From positions 793,172 through 857,171 of the forward strand of contig CAJINV010000022.1 in assembly GCA_905178155.1 (NCBI GenBank): a stretch of 64,000 nt of DNA, given 5' to 3'. The stretch comes from Amoebophrya sp. A120. Lineage: Eukaryota > Protista > Dinoflagellata. How positions within the stretch are numbered: the first letter of the stretch is position 1; every line of letters begins with the position of its first letter. The translations under genes and the position numbers were made by a program. A model generated the notes under the pieces. The model did not search any database and was not told the DNA's origin. It saw only the letters and a program-made list of their open reading frames with translations. Of this stretch, positions 43,789 to 55,600 are shown in pieces.

Positions 43789-46700
43789 TTTGAAATCAGA
43801 ACACGGTCTGAATTTGGACAATTGACCGTTCCAACCAAAGCGGCCTCCTCATCAGATTTAGACCGGGCGCCGATTATTTTGAAAGAGTGCGCCCTCTGCC
43901 GGTCGCTTGCGATTGTATGCGCCAAAAAAACAAGCCAGGCGCCCCTGATCAGCTGCCACGAAGCCGGCCCCGCGCGGTCGGAGCCGACAAAGCCACCGGA
44001 ACCGGTCGGTGAGAAAACCCGGCGGCGGGCCCCACGGAGCGAGAGCGCGCGCCCAGCCAGGCGGCGAAGCCTTCCACCGGTGGCAACGCTGCTCACGGAA
44101 GGACTGAGGCGCGTGCGAGGCGTTTCGCCGGCCGGCAAGGCGGGCGCGGCCCTTGTAAGAATACCGCGACCGCACCCGCTTGCGCAGATCGATTGCGCTC
44201 CTGGGTGCCTGACGCAGCCGACGGGGCCCGTCGACTTCACTCAGAATCCAGCCATCCTGCAAACGACGCCGTGGCGCGTGCTGGCCCGGGGCGATCACAA
44301 CACGCCACCCCCTCCCGCTCTCGCCGCTCAGGCCAACAAAATTTCGTCCCTGCGCAAATGCGCGAACGGAGGCTGCACTGTTTTCGCCGCTCCCCTGCCC
44401 GAAACCGAAACTGCGCCTGCTGGCCTACTAAATAGGGCCGCAGAGGCAAACTCTCAAGGAGATCACGCCGACCCTGCGGGGCCGGGCTGAGCCTGCCAGC
44501 CATACAACCGGGGCGGCCGAAATTCCGCCGCGCACCTTTCCCGCCCAGCCGGGCCGCGGCGCCAGGTTGGCCCGCACAGGCTGCAAAGCGCGGCCGCGCG
44601 CATGCTTTCGGGCTGCGGTAGCAGCAGCAGGCCGCCGCCTGCATCTGTCAGCTAGTTCCGCCCCCAGGCGCTGCCTTTTCCGATCTCGAACGCGCTTTGC
44701 ATTCTGAACGCGCCTGCTCCCGCGAGCGCAGCCGCGGAACAAGTCCGCGACAAAGCCTTTGCATTTCCTACCTGAACACACAGCCACTCATTCACGTAGA
44801 TGCCCTTCAACAAAAACGCCAGGTTGTCGTGATTATTTAAACCACGCCACAAGGAATCGATCTGGTGCGGCTTGCATATGGCGGCGGTTTGGGCTGGAGT
44901 ATTTTTTTTTTCTGATTGCCATGGAGATCGCAGAAAACGTCTATTTTGCTCATTGTCATGCACATCAAAGTGCGCGGCATGATCGTCATGCAGATCCAGC
45001 AGTGCTATTGCTCGTGGTCTGACTGGCAGAAAAGTATTGCTCTCCTTTGCGCGGCTGCTTCGCCGGCATGTGGGGAGAACTTACCGTGCTGGTATTTGCA
45101 AAAGCGGCGGACATCGATGGCCTCTTGCGACTCACCATCGGTTCGCCGCGCTGTTTCCACCAGTTGCTTTTCGCTTAAACCCTGGCTGTGCCACTGCTTG
45201 AAGACCACTTTGCAGCGCTGGTAGTTGGCGCACTCCGGGTCCGGCGTCGAGGGTCCCACAGTCGCGAGGGCTGGAGTGAGAATGAATTTTCAATAGCAGA
45301 CGCGGAGAAGTTTGGTATACACAGAGACCCAGGAGCGCTCATTTCTGTCACAAGCAAACGTCACGCAGACGACTTTGCAGCACGTAATTACGTTACCTCG
45401 GCTCACCGGCGGTGGCGTCGCCGGCTGAAAACCCGCGTCCGGAACGCACCGCGAAAGGTCTCGCGCTTTGGCCTTCGCCTTAGCTCCCTTGGGCTTAGCT
45501 TGACCGAATTCGGGGTTGAGCTTGGCCTGGACTGCCTTCCACGACAGCCCACCGCCCGTTGAACTCATATTGCAGGTGTCTGTTTGAGCTCAAAGAAGAA
45601 AGGAGCTACAGCGTGGCTATTAAATAGTGTGGCGCGACGTGTATTGCAGCCGGGCGATGAATGTGAAGCAGTTTTTCGCTCCTTATCGTTAGTGCTACTA
45701 AGCTGCACGAATACAAGTGGAAAGCTGCCAGATGGAAATCGTTTCACCACGCTGGAGAAGCCTTTAGCCATCTACCTTCACCGAGCGGACACGAAGAAAA
45801 AACGGAAAAAAAGATACTCAGTCGTTCGTTCTTCTAGAAATGGAATTCACGACGTCCGGCATTCTGATGCGCGTCCGCGCGACTGCAGCGGCAGACATCA
45901 GCTTCGTGAAAAAAAAACCGCGACGCCACTATTCAGCCAACACAGTGCTGAAAACGCCGACACCACTAACACAGGCCGGGAGGTAGGAAATTAACAACAG
46001 ATATCGCGTTCTGGACCATTGCTTTGCATCTTTCAGACCAGTGCAACCACGAAAGAGAACACCCGACGCACCTCGGCTTGAAAAATGTCTGCGCGCGCTG
46101 GTACTATGGCAGGCCCCGCCAACTATGCTAACAGCTAGGGGTGAATAGCGGTGCCGCGGCCCGTGGCTCTTCTTGCCTACAGAAAAGCCCCTCGACGGCA
46201 ACCTAGCGCGGGCACCGCATACGATTGCTTTCAAGAATTGAGACCAGCCCCACGCGACAGGGCGAGCGGCTGGCCTGATTTCACTTTCGTCCAGGTAGTA
46301 AAGGTTGGACGCCGGGATCGCGCTTGTGCGACAAAAAAAACTACTCAAAATGAGCCGGCCTTCCCGGAAATACGGGGGCAGGACACTGGTGGCCGGCGAC
46401 GCACATGCGCCGTCGTGCGCCACCCAGGGACGGGACTACCACAAACACGCTGGCGAGCTGCCAGTTGGCAGCTCGCCGGCTGCCTGGGCTCCTACCACGG
46501 CCCCGAGAGGCCCTGCGCCACCGTGAAAGTTGGCCAAGAGGCGCGAGACATGCGAGGGCCAAGCGAGGGCGCTACGGCTTGCCGGGCTACGTACCTAAAT
46601 GAATCTGGCTGCTCGGTCGGCTGCAGGGTTTTTCCCTCCCGCCGGCAGCAGGGCGGGCGCCGGCTCATGCTCCTGCGCTTTTCCCCATCCCCCGTCCCGG

Positions 46701-47557
46701 CGAAACGGGTCCCCGCCCAATACAGAAACCCTGGGTGGCCCAGCCGGGCCAAGGGTGCTAACCGGGGCTGCAAAAGCGGGGCCGGCGCCACGGGGGCGCG
46801 GCGACCCTCTGCTCCACCCCGGCCGGGGAAAGCGTTCCGGGCCGGCGGGTGGCGTGGCCAAGGGGTCGGCCTGTTCGTGCGTTGCATTTTTTCCCCGCCC
46901 TGCCCCCGTGCATCGTCCACACACTCGGCCACCGAGGTTCCGTCCGGCTGCTGCCTGCCAATGCATAGTGCGGCGGCCCGGCCGCGGGGGCATCGACGGG
47001 TCGGCGCGGGATAAGACCATGCGGGCTTCCCGCCAATGAATGGGCCGACGCAACAAGCCCACGGAAAACTGGCCCCCATCATCCCACGAGCCGACCCAAC
47101 ATGGAGGGCCGCCCGGCGGCACCTCTGCGGCCGAGCCTGGGCACATCGTGAGGCGCGGCCCCCCCGCTTCCGCGGGTGCTGGTCGCACGCATTGCGCCAG
47201 CCCCACACCGAACCGGCGCCGAAGAGCGCTGGCCAAGCAACACAAGCCACACTCACAAAACGAGATGCCCCGCCGCGGACTGCCAAACGGCGCACCCGGC
47301 TGGCCGCGCGCGGCCGACCGAAGAACCGGGCCCCGCCTGGCGCGCGGAGTGGGCCGCGGGCGGCACCGCGCCGCGGCGCAACACGTGGGTCCGGCCTGGG
47401 CACTGATCTGCCTACTGTGGGCGGCGAGGTGTGTTCTTTGTTACTAAAAATCGAAAACCTGTTGTTGAAAAATCGAAACACGCTCTAAATCCGGACAATT
47501 GACCTGTACAATCGTAAAGGCCAATTGTCCGGATTCAGGTCGTGTTTTGATTTCAAA
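43789..47557. mobile_element. 3.8-kb segment bounded by ~39-bp imperfect inverted repeats
   Basis: tttgaaatcagaacacggtctgaatttggacaattgacc vs reverse complement tttgaaatcaaaacacgacctgaatccggacaattggcc (33/39); no TSD seen. Confidence 0.55.
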
Positions 47558-48060
47558 AGCCCAACGATGAAGAAAACAATTGCGCGCACGGGCAAGCTTG
47601 TTCGGCAGTATTACATCCATGCACCACCGAGGCACGGGCAAGAAGGCCGAAAAGGACGCCGGGCCCGGTGATGCGCCAAAAAGCTCGAAGGGCCGCCCCT
47701 CCGGAGCGAGGGCGCGCGCCAAGGCGGCCGGCGAACTCTTCCGCCGGCGATGGCGACGCAACACTACTGGGGCGCGCCGCGCTAGAGCTGGCGCGTAAAG
47801 CCGTGCTCCGTCCCACGGAGCGGCCCGGCGCCTCTTGTTGCTGGAATAGCCCGGCGGCGCACCCGCCTGCGCAGCTTGGCGGCGCCCATAGCTTCGGCGG
47901 GGGCCCGCGCGCGCGGCCCCGGAGCAGCAGGAGCTGCCGGCACAAATCAAGAACGCCGCGCGCCGCCGGGGCGAGCGCCGCGCCGCGGCCGCCGGCGGGC
48001 GGCACTATCTTCGGGCGCGGCGTGCTCCAGCAAACAGCCGGGCGGCCAGGCGGGAAGCTC

Positions 48061-48800
48061 GGTCGACCATACCATGGGCGCTGGGGCGTGATACTTTTTA
48101 GCAGGGCGGGAACGCGGGCGAAAGTTTTCGCTTTCGCCATCGTGGCAACCTGCGTTCGCCATGCAAGCGGCGCTAGGGTGTGATACTTTTTACCACGGTG
48201 GCACCATGGGCGAAGAAAACTACCAAAAATCATGATTTTACCCCCCTCCCGAAGTGCGGCCGGCGCCTTCGGACGGCGCCGCCGCTTTTGCGGCTCGCAA
48301 ATCGGCTCCGTCAGCTCGTGGACAGGCCTCAGGAAGTAGCCCAAAACTGGGCACGCCCGCGGGCGGCCGGAATCGCAGCAAAAACTTGAAATAAACTTGG
48401 AATAAACTAGCAAGCCGGGTCGATGCTTGAAAGCCATCGAAAGCTAGCCCCGGTGGTATGGTGGACGGAGCCCTTCAGATTTTGGGCCAAAAACGTCGGC
48501 AGATCCAAGTTTTTTTCGCCTGCTGCCGAGATGCTTCGGCGGAGGCGACGCATTTTCGCCAGCACTTTCGCTGGGTTGCAAGTTTGAACGCCGTAGCAGC
48601 CTGGCAAAAAGTATCACAACCTAGAGCCCACGGTATGGTCGGCGCCGCTTTCATCATTTTCGGCCTCCGTGGACTCATCCTGCCAAAAAGTATCACACCC
48701 TAGAGCCGATGGTATGGTCGACGCGGGTTTTGCCTGTTTTTTTGCATCCATGATAGCACCGCGGCAAAAAGTATCACACCCTCTGGCCGATGGTGTGACA
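48061..48800. repeat. Array of AAAAAGTATCACACCC..GGTATGGTCG motifs, 2 reverse and 3 forward
   Basis: Forward copies at 48605, 48685, 48765 (80-bp period); reverse copies at ~48061-48099 and ~48172-48191. Confidence 0.8.
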
Positions 48801-49684
48801 CTTTTGATTTTCTTCATTTTCGGGACCAGTTCGAACCCGTCCAAGCACTCACGGCGCGCAAACACAGGCCACCAACCATCGCGCGTGAGCGCCCCTATGC
48901 GTATAAGCGTAGGGGGCCCGAAGCTGCTCGCTCAGGGTCGCGCGGGGCTTTGTGCATTATAAAAAGGCATCCGGGGCCCGAGAATGCGGGCCCGATGCGT
49001 CGCCTGAGCGCGCAAGCCCTCCACCTGGGGCCGCTTCGGCATCGCCAACAGGCCTCCCAAGAACCAGAACCCCGCGAGCCCGCCAAGTTCGGGCGCCCCG
49101 GCAGCCGGCGCCCGTGCAAATAAGCAGGGATTTTGAACACCCCCGCAAGCGGCGCACTCAATGGAGGCGACCCCCTCCTAAAGTATTGAAATGAAGAAGA
49201 GCCGCGGCCGTCTAGTCACAGCGCAAATTATAGTGCCGACAGTGAGCTGCCAACAACCGCATCTCCTGCGGCCTACTTGCCTGCGATCTCTTGCGCCGAT
49301 TTTTTGTATGCTCACATCATGAAACCCACAAGAAACATCGTACAAAAGGGGAAACTTCGTGCGAACGCGCGCTATTAATTGGATACATTTCGAGCACAAA
49401 CGAAAAGGAAAACTCATACGCTAGAAGATACATTCATACAACAGAGCGAAATCATACAGGCATTACCATCACTACAAGTTCAGTTACAAATGAAGATGTC
49501 TGAAATGTATAGTACATAGCGGCTTCAGTAGTAAAAAACAAAAAGAAATAGCTATAGGGAAGCGGTGATCTTACTGAGCCCGCGCCCGGGCGGATGCGCT
49601 CTTTGTTGAGTTTATCTTAATCTTTGTCGCACCAGATCCAGGGTTCTATTTCCGAAAAGCCGCAGCACCCGAGTACTGGACTCT

Positions 49685-52600
49685 TTACTTCTCGGGCCGG
49701 TAGTGCTGCTTGGTCTCCTTCTGGTGCCAGCGGGTGAAAAGCTGTGGGACCGGGCTCAGATGCTTATAGACTGCTGCATGCAGCTCCTGCAACTCCTCGT
49801 ACTGGGTCCGCTCTGGCCGCGTCCTTGGCTTGAAGGCCTCAGCTTTGGCACGCGCGGTGAGCGTGAATTCGTCAAAAGCGGTTTTGATGCGCGCCCGCTT
49901 CTCCTCCGCGGTAAGTTTTCGCACCCATTTCGGAGCATCTCCCGGCTGCTCCAGCCAGTGTAGGACTACGAACTTGGCGTATCTCATCCACCAGACCAAA
50001 AACCTTTCCCCGCGCGCCCTCGTGCTTTCGTCTCGAAAGGATTTCTGGCGCACCATTGCCTGGTCTTGCGTCCGGAGAAAATCGGAACCCGCCGGCTTCT
50101 GGAAGATGAAGTTCATGCGGCCGTAGTAGGTCCATTCCGTATCTGCAAACGCCATGAGCAGACACCCCCGCTCCCGCTTCTCCGTGTACAATTTTGCACT
50201 GCCGACAAAATCCAGCACGAAGCCGTCGATACCATCGCCCGCGATGTGCTCGCCTGTGGCCTTCTTTTCCTCGAAAACTGCCGCGCGGTGGTGCGCGATT
50301 TCTGCCGCGGACATTTGCTTCCTTGGCGAGAACCGGCTCCGCTGGCCTCCTGTTTTCTCTTCGGCGCCGTCCAAATCTGGCGCGAGGTCGTTATCACCTT
50401 CTCCCGCACCGTCTTCGGAGATATCCATCGCCAGGCGCCTTAAGCGGTTCCGCATCTTTGCCGTCATTGGTGGAGTGGCCTTGCTATTGTTTACTGCTGG
50501 ATCTGCTTTTCCTGCACCCGCGACGGGCGCTTGTGGATCCTTTAACGCAAAGTCGGATCCCCCAAGGGCTGTGCCTGCAATATGAGAGACCGCCCCGCTC
50601 ACGGCGTTAGCGACGTCTCTAGTGCTGCTCGATGCTGCTGCCCCGCGCAAAATGCCATCTGAACGTGCTACCGCTGAAGAAGTCGGTCTGTCTTCCGAGA
50701 ACGCCCACTCCGATTCGGATGATTCGACGTCAGCTTCGTCGCGCAGACCCTCTTCGGGTCTGCTTTCCCCTCCAGCCTCTGGCCGCAAATCGTCCTCGCT
50801 ACAAGAACTACAGGAAGCGCGGTCGAACTCAAGGTCCAGGTCGTCGGCCGAATCTCTGTTATCCCCCGCACCAGTCAACTCCCCAACGCGACCGTCAGTA
50901 TGCCGAGCGTGTGAGGATGAAGCTGCGTCTGCGCATTGTAGTGATGGGGCGGAAGCCGTACTCCGTCCCGGGTGTGCAGGCACTGACGATGGGCTTGCGC
51001 CTGGCTGTGCCTCCGTCGACCGATCCGCGGCGAACTTGGTCTCACTCCGGCGCTGGAGTCGCGCCGCCGCTTGTTTTGCTTCTGCTGCCCGCCTTCGTAC
51101 TTTTTTCTCGCCGCGGCGCGTTTTCAGCTGCTTTTCTTCCTTCTTTCTCGCAGCTTCTACACGGTGCGCGCGCTGGGCTGAAAGAAATTGCAGAGCGGAG
51201 CAAATGTTGAGCTTGCTCTGCATGAGGATGGCCTGCCGCAGTGTGCTGCCTTTGAAGCCTCCGCGACTTGCCACGGGGGCTCCTTCCACACCAAGGTGCG
51301 GATCGTTGGCATTCAGATCGCCGGGAAGGAGGAATGCGCCATCTTCTTGACCAGGATCTTCATCCCCGTCGGGCATGCAGTCGTCCTGCGCGTCAGACGT
51401 CGCGCTGGCAGCTTTAGCCGCAACAGCTTGTGCGGCCACGCGACCAGAGCCGGTTTTCTTTTGCCGCTTGTTCTTCCGCTCCAGCACTAGCCCGGTACTT
51501 CGTTCGTACAGAATCCGGTCGCCGTCCACGAAATGCTCGATCTGGTTGATCCGAAGAACGGAATCTGCCTGAATTTGTAGCGCCACGTCCCCCCCGCCTT
51601 CCTTCGGGGCAGTGGCGGCTCTCGCACCTGACCCGACAGCCCCGGACGCTGCTCTACTGCTGCTGGAGGCGGATGTAGAGGCTGCCGGCCGTGCTCCTCG
51701 GGTGCTGCGGCCACCAGCTGGGCAAAAGCCTTCGAGTGTGACCCAACTGAAATTCCACGTCGTTGGACACGCGAGCCGCTTGTCCCATGATGCGATGTGC
51801 CGAATAGCTGTTGTCGATTCCGCAAGCACCGCCCCGAGCACATCTACGACCTGCTCGCCTGCCTTTCCGAACTCCAGAGCTACAAAGATTCTCGGGTTTC
51901 CCAAGGTCCAGCACACGAGGTAATCCACGCCGCCGAGTGTCAAAACCAGACGTCGCGGAAGGGCAAGTGGGTCTTTTGCAGCCGCTGACCCGGCGTGCTT
52001 TTGCTGCAGGCGAAAAGCAAAACACCCGCAGGGGCTGGCAATAGTCGGACTCGGAACTCCACCACCCCGCTCGAAGCAAGAAAGAAGGGAGGGGTCCAAT
52101 ACTGGGCCGAGAGTTGCGTTTTCAGTTACCACCAGCGGCTCCTCGTGCTCCCTCACGCGCCGCACTGGTATGGAGGAAACCAACGGCGGGAGTGCCACGT
52201 CGCGAATTCCCTCCCAGAAATTCTTCTGCTCCGCTCTGTTGGAAATTTTGGCGTCAACTTCCTTCAACAACCTTTCCAACCGTGAGCGGGTTGCTTTTCG
52301 CACGAACAAGGAGTCGCCGACCGCGTCAATCCCTTCGCTCCACCACTGCTCGATGGTTGCGGGGTTCGTCTTGCCGGCCCTCCAGGCCTTCTGCGCAGCG
52401 TCTTCGGCTGTGAAAAGTTCTTTGTGTCCTCGGCAGAACGCACGGTGCAACGCTTCCGGCTTCTTCGCCGCGAACTCACGCTGATCGCGCTCCAGCTTCA
52501 GGATCTCGTCTTCCTCCGTGTCTAGTTGTTTGCACAGGGCTCGGCGGCGCTCCTCGAACTGTTCCGCCAATGCTTCCGAAGCGAAGGCGGCCTGCGCGGT

Positions 52601-55600
52601 TGCCGATACTGCGTGCTCCCCTCGCCAAGCCCTTCGGGGCCGTTGCGCATCGTGAACGAAAGTGTGATGCATCTCGTTTTTGCAGCTCGGCCATCCAATG
52701 AAAAAGTGTTTGGTGTTCTGGAAGCGAGATCTTGGCACCGCGTAGGAAATGCAAGATAACTTTTATTCAGCATGCAAAGAGAGAACCACACAAAGAGAGC
52801 ATCGAAGAGAGTGTGCTGATAGAGGAAATCGCGCGCGAGGGCGTCCGCTGCCACTAGCGTGCGAGAATAGATATCAAAACGGACACGCGCAGCGTGGCTT
52901 CCGTCGTACTGTTCGTTGGGCTTGAGGGTGAGCCATGAGACGCATGGCAAACCTCTGTGCCCTTGCTTCGTTCCAGATCCAGGCACTGTTCCAATGCACA
53001 TCGACAAGTCCCCCAGCTGCACGTGCGTCGCCATCGTGTCCAAAATCGTAACGCCTGCTGCTGGCGAAATTTTATCGCGGTCGCAAATCAAATTCACCAG
53101 GTTCCCGTTCTCCGCGAGCTGCAAGGATTTGCATACGAACTTGCGGAACAGCGCGTCGCGGTCTTTGGTAAACTCCACGAAATGCAGCCTCTTCGCGTCT
53201 TCCGCCATGCTGCTCGTCTCGGCATGCCACGCAAGGGCGAGCTGTAGATGGCCCTCAAGCTGTGCAACCCGATAAACAAACCCGGCCAGTCCTCGGAGAA
53301 TTGCAAGAATTCCTCCAATCCGGAGGGGTTCGTGAAATTTTGCGACGCCATCATCTCCCGGCGCGACGATACTGACGTCCTCCTGAAACTGCTGCAAGCC
53401 CAGTCGCTTGGCGGCAACGCGGGAAGATTCGATGAACTGCTGCTGGTTCGTCCCGTGGTGCCGCAACGTGGGAGTTGTGCTCGGGTCCCAGCTTCGCTCT
53501 TTCGTGGCGGATCGGGAATAGGTCTCCCCGGCTAAATGGTCCGCGGCGTTGCTCGTCGTCGCGGCGTATGCTGTTGCAAAATGTCGGGGCGTGCTCCGTG
53601 TTCCTTGAAAATGCACTCACGCCCATAAACCCTGAGGAGCCGTTCTCTTTACTTGTCTCGGCTCGAGGAGCTTGCTGTTGCTCCGCCGCAGAGCAACGAC
53701 CAAAAAATGAAAAGAAAACACAAGTAGCTTTCACACGAGGCACACAGGGCGGATTTCACACGACATCCTTTTCCTTGCTAATGTTTCCCCCGAGTGCCAG
53801 CCCAGCCCCGAAAATTTGCAATCCATACCACAACATGCGAAAGCACGCCGAAATCGTAGCTCGTAAGTAAACCTGAATCGTGAATGAGTCAAGATCTGCA
53901 ACGTGGGTCGTAATCCCGAAAAAGTAAACCCTTCAGGGGCGCCAAGCAATCAGCTTCGACCCTAGTGAGGAAAAAGCTGCAAGACTCTTGTTACTGGAGG
54001 AAACTATCGGACAACAACGACCCGCTCCGAAGTGGCTCAGTGGCCTCATCAATAAGTACCTGGACAAAGCGAGAATCCACTTGGCGTGTAAATTCCGGAG
54101 CCGATGTGTACGCCCTCGAGCGCGTCCGGCGCGCCACCGTTATACGCTGTTCGCAATGCCGCGAATGCGCAGGCCTGCCGGCTGCACAGCAAAATCGACC
54201 ACCACCTTGTGTCCGAAGGAGGGCTGCAGCGCGGCAAAATGGTAGCTATCGCGGCCTTCGTTGCCGGAATCATGTCCGGCGAGCCGACGTGCGGAGCCCC
54301 ATTGTGCAAGGCAAACGGCAACTCGCCGCTTTTCTCGGTGCTCCACAGACTATGGTGCTCCAGGAAATTCAGTGTGCGTGCGCGGAGGACCTCGAACGAT
54401 TCCAAGTTCTCCACCACTACGGTTGCTTCGTCGACGAGTTCGCGAACGTCTTTTATCAGACCAGGCCGGTTTTCATTCACGAGCATATTGAAGGCCCACG
54501 AGAATGCGGAGTAGAAACATCTCTTTCGCCGTTTTTTTGTGACCCCCGCGGTCGGCTTCATGTTTTCCACGTTCTCCCACTGCTGTGCTGCGGTTGGCCC
54601 TCCCGCCGGGTCCGTTTCGGTTTCTTTTTCCTCTCTCGCCTGCTGCTGCTGTGCGGGGTGGCTCGGGTCGATGAGCAACAAGCCGTCGTCGTGCAGCTCC
54701 AAGAGGTTCAGGTCTTTCGGACCCGCTGCTTCCTTTCGAAAATTGCTGCTCGATCCGGCGGCGGTGCCTGTTTCACAGAAGTTTCACGATATTCCCTTTC
54801 CCTAGTTGCTCCGCGATGTGAAGCCACTAGCGGCGACAGAGCCGCTTATATTTGAACAGGGGTTGGAACATGAGAGAAGAGGTTCCCACGCATCCAGTTA
54901 TCTGTTGCCATCAAATCAGCATCATCATCAGGGAAACAGACCTGCGCGGTGGGCGGCGGCGGAAGTACTTGCGCCGGCGATCGCCTTCGTCGAACCTCTA
55001 CCACGGCCGGCTTTTTCCTCCTTTGCCATCGCGTCGAGCCGCTCGCGGATCGCGACGGGAATCATCTTCCCCCGCAGCTCGGCCGTGCATTCTCTAGAGA
55101 GAATTTGTTGCTGGTGCTGAAATATTGCGTGAAGAGTGCCCCTAGATCACGCCCACGAAAGTGGCACCATGGCAACCGGAGCAAAGGAGCGCGGCGATGA
55201 ATGTCGCGTCTTGTGTATCTGTTCGTCCGATTCCCTGCCGACGCTGACTAGTATCAGTGGACTGGTGGCGCGAAATACTTCGGGCCACACAAGAGGACGA
55301 GGCGACAAAACCTACTAGTACGACTACCCCCGAAGACGAGAGAGACGCCCTTGCTCCGGTGGCGCATCGGCTAAGGGTCTGTCTTGCGCTTCACTATCAT
55401 AACTTCACAAAATTCACCCCAGCAAACGATAGGGTACGGGCTGAGAAGAAACCAGCTGCGAGGCTTATTCCGCTGCGAGGCACCTGTCTGCGGCTGCGCG
55501 CGGGCAGAGCTTGCTAGTAACTTTGCGCACTTTCTTGCTCATGCTATGCAAACACTGCGCAAAGAGAGCCCATGCTATGCGAGCGCGGCTGCAAGCGAGA

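Noticed and set aside
48605-48800. CRISPR array (regular repeats with unique spacers)
   Set aside because: Only three degenerate repeats, inverted copies nearby, no cas genes, eukaryotic context
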